DNA of 64,000 bases from Candidatus Bathyarchaeota archaeon (GCA_963833575.1 CAWHXY010000004.1:800001-864000); one strand, 5' to 3'; positions 38,545 to 49,006 are shown, counted from the first letter of the stretch. A program made the numbers and translations. Notes: generated by a model not told the origin, from the letters alone.

Positions 38545-40581
38545 CTAAGTTTTCTTTAAACATCCTTCTCTGGGTTCATAGATTGTCCCTTCACGTAGCA
38601 GCTGGCTAATCATGCGTTCAATTTCTCCTCTTGGGATCTTATGCTTGGTTTCTAATTCGGTGACAAGTGCTTCTTTCTCAACTATGCCTGTTACTTTTTC
38701 CATATCCATCAAAGCTGACAAGATAATATGTAATCTATCTCGCATGCTTTTTGGTCTGCCCGTCATGATCAAGTCAATGTCCACTTTGTAGGAGGACAAG
38801 TCGATTCCTACTTCTTCTAAAGACCTCTTCATTATGTTTATTGCCGCTCCTGCATCTTCAGCCGTCACTTCTTTGCGCAATGCAACACGGGCTCGAGCTT
38901 CTGAAATCCGGACCAGAGACTCTAATTGTCGTGCCGTTATTGCGACAGGTGAACCTTCAGTTTCGCTTGCTCCACGCATAGCTAAGTAAAAATCACTTAG
39001 TTGCTTTGACGCTTCAACACTAAGCACTGGTTTGATCCCTTTTGCGAAGCTAACATATTTTCGAAGTAATTCCACATCGACTTGAGCTTCTACAGGGCTT
39101 ACTCCTCTACGGTGAATTTCTAAAATGTGGTGAGACATCTTGCCGTCTGATTCCTTATTGGGTACGTCTCGCAAAACGAAAATTAAGTCGAAACGGGAAA
39201 GGATTGTTACTGGTAGTGGAACGTTTTCGGCAACTGTTCTGTTGGGTTCATACCTGCCCAAGGATGGGTTGGCGGCTGCAAGTACTGCTGTTCTAGCGTT
39301 TAATGTGGCTACGATTCCGCCTTTTGCAACGGAAACCGTGTGTTGTTCCATGGCTTCGTGGATGGCAACTCGGTCTTCAGGACGCATTTTGTCCATTTCG
39401 TCAATGCAGGCAATTCCTTTGTCAGCTAGTACAAGTGCTCCTGCTTCAAGGCTCATGCTTCCGCCTTTTTCTCTCACAACTGCAGCGGTTAAGCCTGCGG
39501 CGGTGGTTCCTCTACCGGAAGTGTAGAGTCCCCTTGGCGCTATTCTGGCCACATATTGGAGTAGTTGGCTTTTTGCAGTACCAGGATCTCCAATAAGTAA
39601 AGCATTCATTTCGCCCCTAATGTTAACATCTGGCAGACTTTTTGATACCCCGCCGAAAAGCAAGTACATTATTGCTTCTTTTATGTGCTCATAACCGAAG
39701 ATAGACGGTGCAATTGACTGCATGATTTTTTTGTGAACCCATGGATCTTGAGAGAGTGCACGGATTTTTTCTTCTTCTTCAGGCGTTGGAGGTGAAGTTT
39801 CTGGTTCTTTTCCGAGCACTTCCACAGAGTTAGCATCAAGCTGAAGAATGAATGTTCGAAGTTTTCCCATTCCCATTAGCGAAGGTGCAAAAGCGCGGAC
39901 AATGCCAACTATAGAAATGTGATCTCCGGGTCTTGCAACATCAACTATGTCGTCGCCGATAGTCTTTACAGCCAATGTGCGTGGCAATTGCCCCGGAGGC
40001 AGATCTTCAGGTTTTTCTTGTAGCCGTAGATCTTGGGAATCAATAAATGTGGATTCTTCTTGAGTAAATTCGAAGGGGCCATCTCTTCCACAGTCGGGGG
40101 CTTGGCATATGGTTGGGGTTTTTAGGAATTGCCCGGTTTGTTCTACTAGGTTCATTGTTCCACAACGTTTGCATTTGAAAGCTCCTTGTAGAACCATTGG
40201 TCGTACTGGTGTGGCTCTAACTACAATGCCTTCAACCATGATTAACTTTGACATTTGTCTTGAGCCAAGTTTTCTTAGAACCTCTTTGCCTAGAAGCTGA
40301 ACAATTCTTACATTGATTTTTTCTATTTTCTCAGCGTATTCAGAATCTTCTATGCGGAGTTGTTCGTAGGCTCCTTTTCCCGCATGCTGCAAGTATTCTT
40401 CAGGCTTGTTGAGCAATTGTTCAGCTAGTGCCTGATCGAACCCATAAAGTTCTTCGAAATCAATTACTATTGAGTTCTTTCCAGAGATGGCTAACTGTGC
40501 TATTCTCTGTCGATATTTTTCTTTTTTGAAGAACTCTTGGAAAAGTTGTTGTGGATCTACCATTAATTGGTCGTTAGCCAT
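38545..40581 (-). CDS. mcm: Replicative helicase MCM
   Basis: GDPGTAKSQ, IDEMDKM, SRFD; no intein. Confidence 0.97.
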   Translation of the reverse strand: MANDQLMVDPQQLFQEFFKKEKYRQRIAQLAISGKNSIVIDFEELYGFDQALAEQLLNKPEEYLQHAGKGAYEQLRIEDSEYAEKIEKINVRIVQLLGKEVLRKLGSRQMSKLIMVEGIVVRATPVRPMVLQGAFKCKRCGTMNLVEQTGQFLKTPTICQAPDCGRDGPFEFTQEESTFIDSQDLRLQEKPEDLPPGQLPRTLAVKTIGDDIVDVARPGDHISIVGIVRAFAPSLMGMGKLRTFILQLDANSVEVLGKEPETSPPTPEEEEKIRALSQDPWVHKKIMQSIAPSIFGYEHIKEAIMYLLFGGVSKSLPDVNIRGEMNALLIGDPGTAKSQLLQYVARIAPRGLYTSGRGTTAAGLTAAVVREKGGSMSLEAGALVLADKGIACIDEMDKMRPEDRVAIHEAMEQHTVSVAKGGIVATLNARTAVLAAANPSLGRYEPNRTVAENVPLPVTILSRFDLIFVLRDVPNKESDGKMSHHILEIHRRGVSPVEAQVDVELLRKYVSFAKGIKPVLSVEASKQLSDFYLAMRGASETEGSPVAITARQLESLVRISEARARVALRKEVTAEDAGAAINIMKRSLEEVGIDLSSYKVDIDLIMTGRPKSMRDRLHIILSALMDMEKVTGIVEKEALVTELETKHKIPRGEIERMISQLLREGTIYEPREGCLKKT

Positions 40582-40582
40582 C

Positions 40583-41137
40583 TTACTTTTCTCCTTCGGT
40601 TTCTATTATTTCAGTTTTCCATTGCGAGATTATTTTGACGAGTTGTTCGAAGAGGATTTTTTCTTCGCTTGTAAGTTTCTTTAAAATCTGATCGGTTTGT
40701 GTGGGGGCAGAGGATAAAGCCACTATTTTTTTTAACCGTGAATTTACAATGTCGCGTGCTAAATGTTTTGCTTTATTGTATTCTTGATATTTTTCGGTTT
40801 CTTTTGATGCCTGATCTTTCAAATCGAAAATAAACCTACGGAGTTTTGGGTAAAAATCATCTGGTAGTTCAGAAATTTGCCCTGGAATTTGTACGCCTTC
40901 TTTCCACTGCACCTTAAACAGTTTTGTGGCATCCAAAACATCGTCTTCTCGGAAATGAACCATTCCCGAACTCGCTAATTGTTTTGCCACCCAGAAATAA
41001 ACTTCATATTCATTTCCTTCATCAAAAGGGCCAACCGTTAATCCCGCAAGCTTAATCTCAGGACAATTCCTATTAGCAACAATCTTGACCAGTGAATTTT
41101 CATAACGGAAGTCTAAGGTACAGATTTTTGCTGCCAA
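40583..41137 (-). CDS. gins23: GINS subunit Gins23
   Basis: N-terminal B-domain (GPF...WVA), LPDDFY, LTSEEK; directly upstream of mcm; TTG start inferred. Confidence 0.8.
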   Translation of the reverse strand: MAAKICTLDFRYENSLVKIVANRNCPEIKLAGLTVGPFDEGNEYEVYFWVAKQLASSGMVHFREDDVLDATKLFKVQWKEGVQIPGQISELPDDFYPKLRRFIFDLKDQASKETEKYQEYNKAKHLARDIVNSRLKKIVALSSAPTQTDQILKKLTSEEKILFEQLVKIISQWKTEIIETEGEK

Positions 41138-41239
41138 GTTACTTTTTCCCTTCCCAAACCCGATTGTTTTCCCTTTTGTGGGGTTCAACAGATATAGCAA
41201 GACTGGTTTTAAGGGTTTGCATAAAACGGAAAAGATTGT

Positions 41240-42490
41240 TTATGGCCATAGTCCCAGCGTTTTTATGGCGTTAGCTACTCTTCCCACACCCAGCATTAAG
41301 GCCCCTGTGCGCATGTCACTCTCCTCCTTCTCAGCAATGCCAACCACATCGGTAAATGCTTTGGTCATTTTGGCTTCAAGCCTCCTGTTTACCTTCTCAA
41401 GCGGCCACTGCTCACGCGTCAAGTTTTGTACCCATTCAAAGTAACTTACAGTAACTCCGCCACTGTTGGCAAGGATGTCTGGGATGAGGCAGATTTCTTT
41501 TTCATATAACACCTTGTCCGCGTCAGGTGTGGTTGGTCCGTTTGCTGCTTCAGCAACCATCTTTGCTTTGATTTTGTCAGCGTTTTTGATGGTGATTTGA
41601 TTCTCTAAAGCTGCAGGAATAAGCACGTCACATTGCATTTCTAGCAGTTCTTCGTTAGTTATGTTTTTGCAGCCTTTGTAGTTCTGGATAGAGTTAGCTT
41701 TTTCTTTATGGGTTAAAACGTCTGGAATGTTTAATCCATCTTGGCAGTAGATTCCTCCTGTTGAATCGCTGACAGCTATTACTTTGGCGCCTATTTCTTG
41801 GGCTGCAACTGCAGCGTTATAGCCGACGTTGCCGAAGCCTTGGATTGCTATGCTGGCGTTTTTGAGTTTTACGCTGTTGTTTTCTGCGGCTTGTTTTACG
41901 CAGTGGATGACGCCTCTGCCAGTGGCTTCGGTTCTGCCCCATGAACCGCCGATTTCAACAGGTTTGCCAGTGACGCTTTCGGGTATGCTGTAGCCTTTCA
42001 GTTGGCTGTAGGTGTCCATTATCCACGCCATGGTTTGTGCGTCAGTGTACATGTCTGGCGCGGGAATATCGCGTTGGGGTCCGAGGTACTCAAAGATTAG
42101 GCTGACGTATCTTCTGGTTAATCGTTCAAGCTCGTGTTTGCTCATTTTCTTAGTGTCAACGCATATGCCGCCTTTTGCTCCTCCAAAGGGTATGTCGGCG
42201 ATGGCGCATTTCCAAGTCATTAGCATAGCCAACGCTGTTACTTCGTCAAGGGTGATGTTTGGGTAGTAGCGGATTCCGCCTTTGAATGGCCCACGTGCAT
42301 CCCAATGTTGGACTCTTAAGCCGTTGAATACGCCAACGGAACCGTTGTCCATGCGGATGTCGATGCTGACGCTGATGGAGCGTTTTGGTGAGCTGAGCAT
42401 TTTATGCATCCCGGCATCTAACTGTAACTTTTTACATGCAAGTTTGAGTTGAGAGAGAGCGACCGATAATCCAGTATGTTCTTCTGACAT
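41240..42490 (-). CDS. gdhA: Glutamate dehydrogenase
   Basis: GPFKGGIRY, PFGGAKGG, DIPAPD, QGFGNVG, GGVTVSYFEWVQN. Confidence 0.95.
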   Translation of the reverse strand: MSEEHTGLSVALSQLKLACKKLQLDAGMHKMLSSPKRSISVSIDIRMDNGSVGVFNGLRVQHWDARGPFKGGIRYYPNITLDEVTALAMLMTWKCAIADIPFGGAKGGICVDTKKMSKHELERLTRRYVSLIFEYLGPQRDIPAPDMYTDAQTMAWIMDTYSQLKGYSIPESVTGKPVEIGGSWGRTEATGRGVIHCVKQAAENNSVKLKNASIAIQGFGNVGYNAAVAAQEIGAKVIAVSDSTGGIYCQDGLNIPDVLTHKEKANSIQNYKGCKNITNEELLEMQCDVLIPAALENQITIKNADKIKAKMVAEAANGPTTPDADKVLYEKEICLIPDILANSGGVTVSYFEWVQNLTREQWPLEKVNRRLEAKMTKAFTDVVGIAEKEESDMRTGALMLGVGRVANAIKTLGLWP

Positions 42491-42783
42491 AACAAGGCCT
42501 TCTGAATTAAAAGTAATTGGGGTTGGCTAGATAAGAATTGCCGTCGCGTATTTTGTGGGTTTGGTTGATGCTTTTGTATACAGAGTTCGTGTTTAATTTT
42601 TGTTAAGACTTTTGATCCAAATAAGGTGCCTCTGCACTTTTGCTTTCTCGGTCAAATTTGTGCTCAAAATATAGTTCAACATACTTTAATATAGACTGAA
42701 ATTTGTACATTCTGACATAAAAATTCTGATTTTCAATATATTTTAAGTTAAAATTATTGATGTTACGACAAGCTGTTTTGACA

Positions 42784-43092
42784 TTATTTTGATGGTTTAC
42801 TTGATGCTTCTTTATCTCTAAAAATTTCCAGAAAGCCCTTCATTTTCCAATAAGTATCTAAGAATTCTAAGCCACGGGGTGTGGCAAAATAGAGGTTTTG
42901 TTCATCTGTGGTGAGTTTTCTTGTTAATCCATAATTACTGAGTGCTTCTAAGATAGATCTGAGGCGGTCGACTGGGACGCCTACACCGTAGGAGAGGCGG
43001 GTGATTTTTCCACCTTCGGGGTAGCGTATGAGCACCTCTAAAACTTGTGCATAAAGGTCGGTTTTGGAACGCTTAGTTTCTCGGTCCCTCAT
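42784..43092 (-). CDS. Winged-helix DNA-binding protein (HTH_45-like)
   Basis: RSKTDLYAQVL...ITRLSYG...TPRGLEFL. Confidence 0.8.
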   Translation of the reverse strand: MRDRETKRSKTDLYAQVLEVLIRYPEGGKITRLSYGVGVPVDRLRSILEALSNYGLTRKLTTDEQNLYFATPRGLEFLDTYWKMKGFLEIFRDKEASSKPSK

Positions 43093-43116
43093 TTGTAATG
43101 TTCTCCAGGGGTTTTC

Positions 43117-44349
43117 TTAGAATGGCGGGTTAGGTAGAATAGTGACCTTTTTTGGAGGTTCGCTTATAACCGCACCGAAGTCAATCTTAAGCTCATTTGT
43201 ATACGTCACTTGCTCTGCAGCTGAACCCTGCTCCAACTTTACTGTGTCCGCGAAAATGCGTCCTACCCTGCACATCGGTCCGATTACAACTTCAGTCGCA
43301 TAAATGTCGTCAACTCTGGCCATCCCTCCCGCAATAGCCCATTTTGTCGCCCAATTCATTCCCCATCCGACATAGCTTAAGTCCGCACTTTTGCCAACTT
43401 CCACTCTTTCTCCGATCAGAAATCCTTCACATCGGCTTCCGCTACGCACCGTTAACTGTTTAGCTTTGAGCCCCAAGTCGGTCTCTATTTTACCGCTAAT
43501 ATCCGCTTCTTCACGGGCAATTATCTTGTTTGCCTCTAATTTGCCGCTGATTCTAAGAGTGTTCGTTTCTAGTGTGCCCTCGATTTCTGTATTTCCGTAA
43601 CCTTCAACCCTGTCTGAAAACAATGAACCAGAAACTTCCAATTTCCCACCGATTTCAACACGTTGCGCATGACAATCGCCTTGTATTTCTATGGAGCCAC
43701 CAGCTTCGATAAAGTCGCAGGTGAGGTTACCGTCTACTTCGAGTTTACCATAAGTTGAGACTCGGTGTCCCTTGCAGTTAGCAGGCAAAAAGCCCTTACC
43801 ATAAACTAGTAGTTCGCCAAATTCAAGTTGTTGTTTGCTGCTGAATTTTCCCCCGACTGTTATGTTGCCTGAGATAGAGCCTCCTCCAAACTCAGCTTCG
43901 CCGCCAACGCGCAAGTCGCCCAGTTTGACCATGCCAGAAGCATTTACTTTGCCGCCTACATCAACGCTGGAGGCTTCAAACGCGTTCTGGATATCAGCTC
44001 GCCCGCCTACCCTTATCCGATTGCAGATTATAGCGCCAGCAAAAATTTTTCCGCCTACATCAATGTCTTGAGCATTAATTATGCCTTGTACCTCTATTGA
44101 GTGTCCTACATCGAGCCTTTTGTGAACCGTAAGGTTACCGTTTACTTCAAGTCTTCCGCGATGACATTCCAGTGAATCACATTCTAAGTCCCCGCTTATT
44201 TTAGCACTGCTTTCGAAAAACACGCCTTTGGTTACAACTATAGTTTTGCCGTTTTCAGCTTGGATTCTTGCGTCGTGGCCTACTTTTAGTTCTCCCTCAA
44301 CTTTGTCAAGGGTTGCGATCTGTCCGCTTGGAATCCGTAAATCTGACAT
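43117..44349 (-). CDS. Long beta-helix protein of the polymer-forming (bactofilin-like) family
   Basis: Many short [VI]xGx[LI]x repeats (IDVGGKI, IRVGGRA, VDVGGKV) across 410 aa. Confidence 0.7.
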   Translation of the reverse strand: MSDLRIPSGQIATLDKVEGELKVGHDARIQAENGKTIVVTKGVFFESSAKISGDLECDSLECHRGRLEVNGNLTVHKRLDVGHSIEVQGIINAQDIDVGGKIFAGAIICNRIRVGGRADIQNAFEASSVDVGGKVNASGMVKLGDLRVGGEAEFGGGSISGNITVGGKFSSKQQLEFGELLVYGKGFLPANCKGHRVSTYGKLEVDGNLTCDFIEAGGSIEIQGDCHAQRVEIGGKLEVSGSLFSDRVEGYGNTEIEGTLETNTLRISGKLEANKIIAREEADISGKIETDLGLKAKQLTVRSGSRCEGFLIGERVEVGKSADLSYVGWGMNWATKWAIAGGMARVDDIYATEVVIGPMCRVGRIFADTVKLEQGSAAEQVTYTNELKIDFGAVISEPPKKVTILPNPPF

Positions 44350-44414
44350 GGTTTTTAGTACAACTCCTGTGCTTTTAAGGGTGATTCACTTTGCGTTACT
44401 ACAACCACGCCATT

Positions 44415-45278
44415 TCACTCCGCTCTTAGGGCTTTTTTCGCAACCAAGTACCCTACGATGGTGAACGCCAAAGCAAAGATTACCAGATATAGCATGTCCC
44501 AAGCGAAAGTAGCAAATTGACCGCTTGATAGTGTGCTATTAATTATTAGTAGTCTTGCTGCATCGTTAGCTTTAGAGATGGGGTTGACTTGAGCTACGGT
44601 TTTCATCCAGTCTGGAAACGATGCTGTTGGGAACATGGCGTTGCTGAGGAATACTACTGGGAACGCTATGAAATTGATTATCGCCACAAGGGAATCAACG
44701 GTTCTTACTGAGAATGCCACAGCGGTGAATATGCAGCAGAAACCAAATGCTAACAACGAAATAGTAGCGAAAACTCCAAGCAAGCCTAAGACGCCAAAGC
44801 CCTGCGCTAACTCCAAGCCGCTAGGAATAACCAAAGCTACAATAAACGCTAACACCGCGATAACCATGGCTTTAACAAAGTTCTGCATTACGCCTGAGAA
44901 GAATATCGATGCTCTGCTAATTGGCTCCGTTAAGAGCGTGTTTAGATACCCAAGTTGTCTGTCAAGCACTATGTCTATGCCGCCGTAAGCCATGTTGATC
45001 ACGACTATGAGCCCTATGATGCCTATTGTTAGGAAAGTTATGTAGTTTGGGGCACCGCTGAAAGTTTGCGTTAGAATAGTGGAGCGGACTTGCTGGAGCA
45101 TTTCCGGCGAGAGTGAGACGCCGCTGATTTGGGAAGGTATCATGTTAGTTGGGTTAAACGAGCTTCCGAAAAGTGCCAGCCAGAAAATGGCCGTGAAGAG
45201 TCCTGGCATAATTGCTGCTGGGTTTCTTATCCATTTCTTAAGTGAGCGTGCTGTTAAGGTTAAGGTGTCATTGAACAT
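44415..45278 (-). CDS. ABC-2 type exporter permease
   Basis: DRQLGYLNTLLTEPISR, FPDWMKTVAQVNPIS. Confidence 0.9.
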   Translation of the reverse strand: MFNDTLTLTARSLKKWIRNPAAIMPGLFTAIFWLALFGSSFNPTNMIPSQISGVSLSPEMLQQVRSTILTQTFSGAPNYITFLTIGIIGLIVVINMAYGGIDIVLDRQLGYLNTLLTEPISRASIFFSGVMQNFVKAMVIAVLAFIVALVIPSGLELAQGFGVLGLLGVFATISLLAFGFCCIFTAVAFSVRTVDSLVAIINFIAFPVVFLSNAMFPTASFPDWMKTVAQVNPISKANDAARLLIINSTLSSGQFATFAWDMLYLVIFALAFTIVGYLVAKKALRAE

Positions 45279-45279
45279 T

Positions 45280-46275
45280 TTACTTCAGCCTCTCAATCAG
45301 CACATGTTGTCCAAAACCGTCGCCATTTGTTGACCCATCGCGCATGGTGTTGCCTGTAATTTGCAGGAACACTTGGTCTAGTGTCGGTTTTGTCAAGTTA
45401 ATGTCGGATATTTTGAGTCCTTTCTTGGTTACGGCTTCAACTATTGCTGGTAGTGCGGTTTCGGTTCGTGCAAGTTTTATATTGTAAGTGTCGTTTTCTT
45501 TTGTAACTGTGGTCACGTCTTGGAGTTTGCTCAGTGGCTCCGACATATCAGCGCCATCAATCAGTTTCAAAGTTAGAATGGTTGCTCCAAGTTTGCCTTT
45601 AAGCTCCGAGGGTGAACCTGACAGTTTGATTTCTCCATTGTCAATTATGGCAATTCTTCGGCAAAGCGAATCTGCCTCTTCTAGGTAATGAGTTGTCATA
45701 AAAACGGTGATTCCATCCTTCCGGTTTAGTTCTTCAATGTATGCCCACATTTTCTGCCTGGTTTGAATATCTAAACCCAAAGTGGGTTCATCTAAAAACA
45801 GGATTTTTGGGTCATGAATCAACCCCATCGCTAGTTGTAATCGCCTGCGCATGCCGCCTGAATATGTTTTAACTTGCCTCTGGGCAGCACTTTCAAGCTC
45901 TAAAAGTTTCAGCAAATCCTGCGCCTTATTGTGCGCTAAAGCGTTTGGAACATGGTGAAGCTTAGCTGCAAGAAGCAGGTTTTCAATGCCTTTTAGCTCA
46001 TCGTCTGCAGTAAGTTCCTGAGGTACTATTCCTATCGCTTTGCGGACTTCTGCAGGGTTTTTACCCACCTCATAACCTGCTACTGTCGCTTTTCCAGAGG
46101 TTATGGCTGCTAGTGTTGTTAGCATTTTTATGGTTGTGGTTTTTCCAGCGCCGTTGGGACCAAGAAACCCAAATAGTTCTCCTTCTTCAACCGAAAAAGA
46201 AATGTCGTCCACAGCTTTTACCGATTTCTTATATATTTTGGTGAGTTTTTCAGCCTCGATTATCATATTTTTCAT
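45280..46275 (-). CDS. ABC exporter ATP-binding subunit (DrrA-like)
   Basis: GPNGAGKTT, YSGGMRRR, FLDEPT, TTHYLEEA. Confidence 0.92.
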   Translation of the reverse strand: MKNMIIEAEKLTKIYKKSVKAVDDISFSVEEGELFGFLGPNGAGKTTTIKMLTTLAAITSGKATVAGYEVGKNPAEVRKAIGIVPQELTADDELKGIENLLLAAKLHHVPNALAHNKAQDLLKLLELESAAQRQVKTYSGGMRRRLQLAMGLIHDPKILFLDEPTLGLDIQTRQKMWAYIEELNRKDGITVFMTTHYLEEADSLCRRIAIIDNGEIKLSGSPSELKGKLGATILTLKLIDGADMSEPLSKLQDVTTVTKENDTYNIKLARTETALPAIVEAVTKKGLKISDINLTKPTLDQVFLQITGNTMRDGSTNGDGFGQHVLIERLK

Positions 46276-46325
46276 TCAATTCACATCTTTCTTTGTAAAT
46301 CATCTAAATGCAATAAATAGTCAGT

Positions 46326-46365
46326 TCACAGTTGGTAATCACAATACGTACTCACAATAAGTTAG
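46326..46365. promoter_or_regulatory. Three 13-nt-period TCACA-N4-GT repeats upstream of the ABC/bactofilin/wHTH operon
   Basis: TCACA at 46326, 46339 and 46352; adjacent to a minus-strand TTTATT at 46312-46317. Confidence 0.5.
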
Positions 46366-46408
46366 CAAGAAAACAACAATTCGCAAGAAAGATAGAATAC
46401 GGAAAAAA

Positions 46409-46747
46409 CTATAATTTTTCTATATATTCTTCAAAATGTTTTCTATCCCTCAAACATTGAGGGCAGACGCAACTAAAAGGTTGATCTTTTGTGGCGCATA
46501 ACTCATTGTATTTGCACTCTGAACATGGAAAGTTTTTTCCACATCGGATGCATGTTTGAGAAAAAACGACTTCAGTGTTTAGTATAGAAGCGACTGTGTC
46601 AATTACTTTTTCAATATTGTTATAATTTTTGATGGAATAGAGGCTTTGCTCCCGGTTATAGTCTAAGCCTAAGCGTATCAAGAGCATAAATTTTTCTTTT
46701 TCAACCCTTGGAAGCTTGAAACCTTTTGGATTCAAAACAATAACCAA
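46409..46747 (-). CDS. Hypothetical Cys-rich zinc-binding protein
   Basis: CxxC...CxxC...C...CxCxxC. Confidence 0.7.
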   Translation of the reverse strand: MVIVLNPKGFKLPRVEKEKFMLLIRLGLDYNREQSLYSIKNYNNIEKVIDTVASILNTEVVFSQTCIRCGKNFPCSECKYNELCATKDQPFSCVCPQCLRDRKHFEEYIEKL

Positions 46748-46760
46748 TGTTTACATTCCT

Positions 46761-47990
46761 CTAGTACCTGTTCATTTTAACTAGGAAATCAACCTCTTCA
46801 GGTGTAAGCTTAAGCCAAGAAATCAATGCGCTTGACTTTTGCTTTTGCAGCATAGATTTTATGAATGGCACAAATTCATGTTTAGCTATTGAAATGGAAA
46901 CATGACATTGAGCCCCAATTTTTCCGCAAATGCCGTTAAGCATTGTTCTTTTGCCTTTAGTCAAAAACAATGTAATGATCCTAATCGGCGGCGAAATAAA
47001 TTCAAAGGGCTTATACGATTCAGGGGCGACTGCGGCTGCTTTTGACAAATCATTGAAAAAGTACTTTAGAAGATGCCAATACTCTGTTCCAATTCGTCCT
47101 CGGAAAAGGTCTGCTTGAGAAATATAATCGTAGGCGACTGCAAGTTCATCTGGGTTAGTGTATCGTCTGGGAAGGTTGTCGCTTATCGACATTAAAAACT
47201 CATCATAGTCAACGTTTGAGCGGAAAAGTAACGATGAAGCCTCATCAACTGATTTTGCACTGAAAAAGCCTCTAAGTGTTTCGTCCATGCTGATGTCTTT
47301 ATTTCTTGGAGCCAACGCCATTGTGTCCTGCAGTGTTAAGACCTGATTTTCTTCGCTTAGACTTTGCAGATCGTTTATTGCTGAGCGGACGTCGCCTTTG
47401 CTATTTTGAGCTATGTGTTCAAGAGCTTCAAAATCTGCCTTCACATGCTCAAGCAGACAAATCTTTTGCAGTAATGTTATAACGAGCGGTAGTCGGATTT
47501 GGTGAAAACGAATCAGCAAACAAACTTTCTTTAAAGGTCTTAACTTGTCTACGTCAGGATCGTTTGCTGCCATTATAACCGGGACTCTTGATTTTTCAAC
47601 AATGTCTATAATGGCGCTTACTCCACCCCTGTCCTCGTTCCCTGCAATACCATCAACCTCGTCGAGAAAGAGGAGGTTGCCTTTGCTTTCAGCAGTAAAA
47701 GTGTCAAGTGCCAAATAGGAAGTGGCTGGTTTAGCAATCTCATTAACAGCTTTTTCTGATCTTGTGTCGCTGGCGTTCATTTCAATGATTGTAAAGCCGA
47801 ACTCTTTTGCGGCAGCATTAACCATCGCTGTCTTGCCAACGCCGGGTGAACCATAAAGTAAGACTGCTTTCTTGGTTTTGCGCTTGTTTTTTAGCCATTC
47901 GATGAAGGTAGCTTTAGCTTCTTCGTTTCCAACGATGTCTTCTATTTTTTTTGGGCGGTACTTTTCCACCCACAGAAGATCATTTCTCAA
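46761..47990 (-). CDS. rfcL: Replication factor C large subunit
   Basis: WVEKYRP, GSPGVGKT, EMNASDTR, LDEVDG. Confidence 0.93.
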   Translation of the reverse strand: MRNDLLWVEKYRPKKIEDIVGNEEAKATFIEWLKNKRKTKKAVLLYGSPGVGKTAMVNAAAKEFGFTIIEMNASDTRSEKAVNEIAKPATSYLALDTFTAESKGNLLFLDEVDGIAGNEDRGGVSAIIDIVEKSRVPVIMAANDPDVDKLRPLKKVCLLIRFHQIRLPLVITLLQKICLLEHVKADFEALEHIAQNSKGDVRSAINDLQSLSEENQVLTLQDTMALAPRNKDISMDETLRGFFSAKSVDEASSLLFRSNVDYDEFLMSISDNLPRRYTNPDELAVAYDYISQADLFRGRIGTEYWHLLKYFFNDLSKAAAVAPESYKPFEFISPPIRIITLFLTKGKRTMLNGICGKIGAQCHVSISIAKHEFVPFIKSMLQKQKSSALISWLKLTPEEVDFLVKMNRY

Positions 47991-49006
47991 TAAGTTTCCC
48001 CTAGGACTTTACCGAATTTTCCAAATTGAGCAAGCAGAGCACTCAACTGGATGTCACTGTTCGCGCCTTGTGTTAAGCGGTAATCATATTCGCCGATTAC
48101 GTTTGACAGATCTGCTTTTTGTTCAGGTGTAAGGTCAGACATTTTAAAGATTTCCCGTTGGATTTGACGAATTATTTCGGTGCCTGAAAAGCCAAAAGAC
48201 CCCATTATTTCATACATTGTCTTCCTTGATTCCATGAACTCGCCAAAAAGTGCCTTTCTAATCATTTTTTGAACCTGCATTGGGCTAGCTTCCCCGATAA
48301 CAAGTGAGATTGTTTTTTCATCTATTTCTCCTCCTTCCTTGTAGGCTGACGCTGTCTGCAAAGCATTTATTGCGTGTCTAAGGTCGCCCTCAGAGAAATC
48401 TACTATTCTCTCAGCTGCTTCAGGTAAAAGTTTAACTTTTTCTTTTTTGGCGATGCACTGCAGTTGTTCTTTCATCGCTTGTTTGTCGAGCCTTGAAAAC
48501 CTGAATATGGCGCATCGGCTTTGGATGGGTTCAATTATTTTGCTTGATTGGTTACAAATTAGAATAAATCTGGATGTGCGGGAGCTTGTTTCCATAATTC
48601 TTCTTAGCGCTGTCTGAGCAGGACCAGTCATTTGGTCGCATTCATCAAGAATAATTAGTGCAAACGGGATATCTCCAAAACCTGCACGGCTATAACGCGA
48701 GAAATCCTTAACTCTTTCACGCACTGTGTCAATGCCTCTTTCATCGGAAGCATTAAGCTCAAGGGTGAAGTTTTTCCAGTTTGGACCAAAAAGTTCATGA
48801 GCAATACATAAAGCAAGCGTAGTTTTTCCAGTTCCCGGTATCCCCGCGAACATAAGATGAGGCATCGTTTTGGGATTTCTCATAAAAGCTTTAAGACTTT
48901 CGACGATATCATGTAAATCTACAACTTCATTCAGGTTTTTCGGACGGTATTTCTCAACCCACATAAGTGCTTCTTCATTAACAGCCATTAAGATAACCTT
49001 CAACAA
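47987..49006 (-). CDS. rfcS: Replication factor C small subunit
   Basis: WVEKYRP, GIPGTGKTT, ELNASDERG, IQSRC; start probably 48988. Confidence 0.96.
   Translation of the reverse strand: MLKVILMAVNEEALMWVEKYRPKNLNEVVDLHDIVESLKAFMRNPKTMPHLMFAGIPGTGKTTLALCIAHELFGPNWKNFTLELNASDERGIDTVRERVKDFSRYSRAGFGDIPFALIILDECDQMTGPAQTALRRIMETSSRTSRFILICNQSSKIIEPIQSRCAIFRFSRLDKQAMKEQLQCIAKKEKVKLLPEAAERIVDFSEGDLRHAINALQTASAYKEGGEIDEKTISLVIGEASPMQVQKMIRKALFGEFMESRKTMYEIMGSFGFSGTEIIRQIQREIFKMSDLTPEQKADLSNVIGEYDYRLTQGANSDIQLSALLAQFGKFGKVLGETY

Noticed and set aside
38545-49006. Inteins in MCM or RFC
   Set aside because: Protein lengths are normal and the Walker motifs are uninterrupted.
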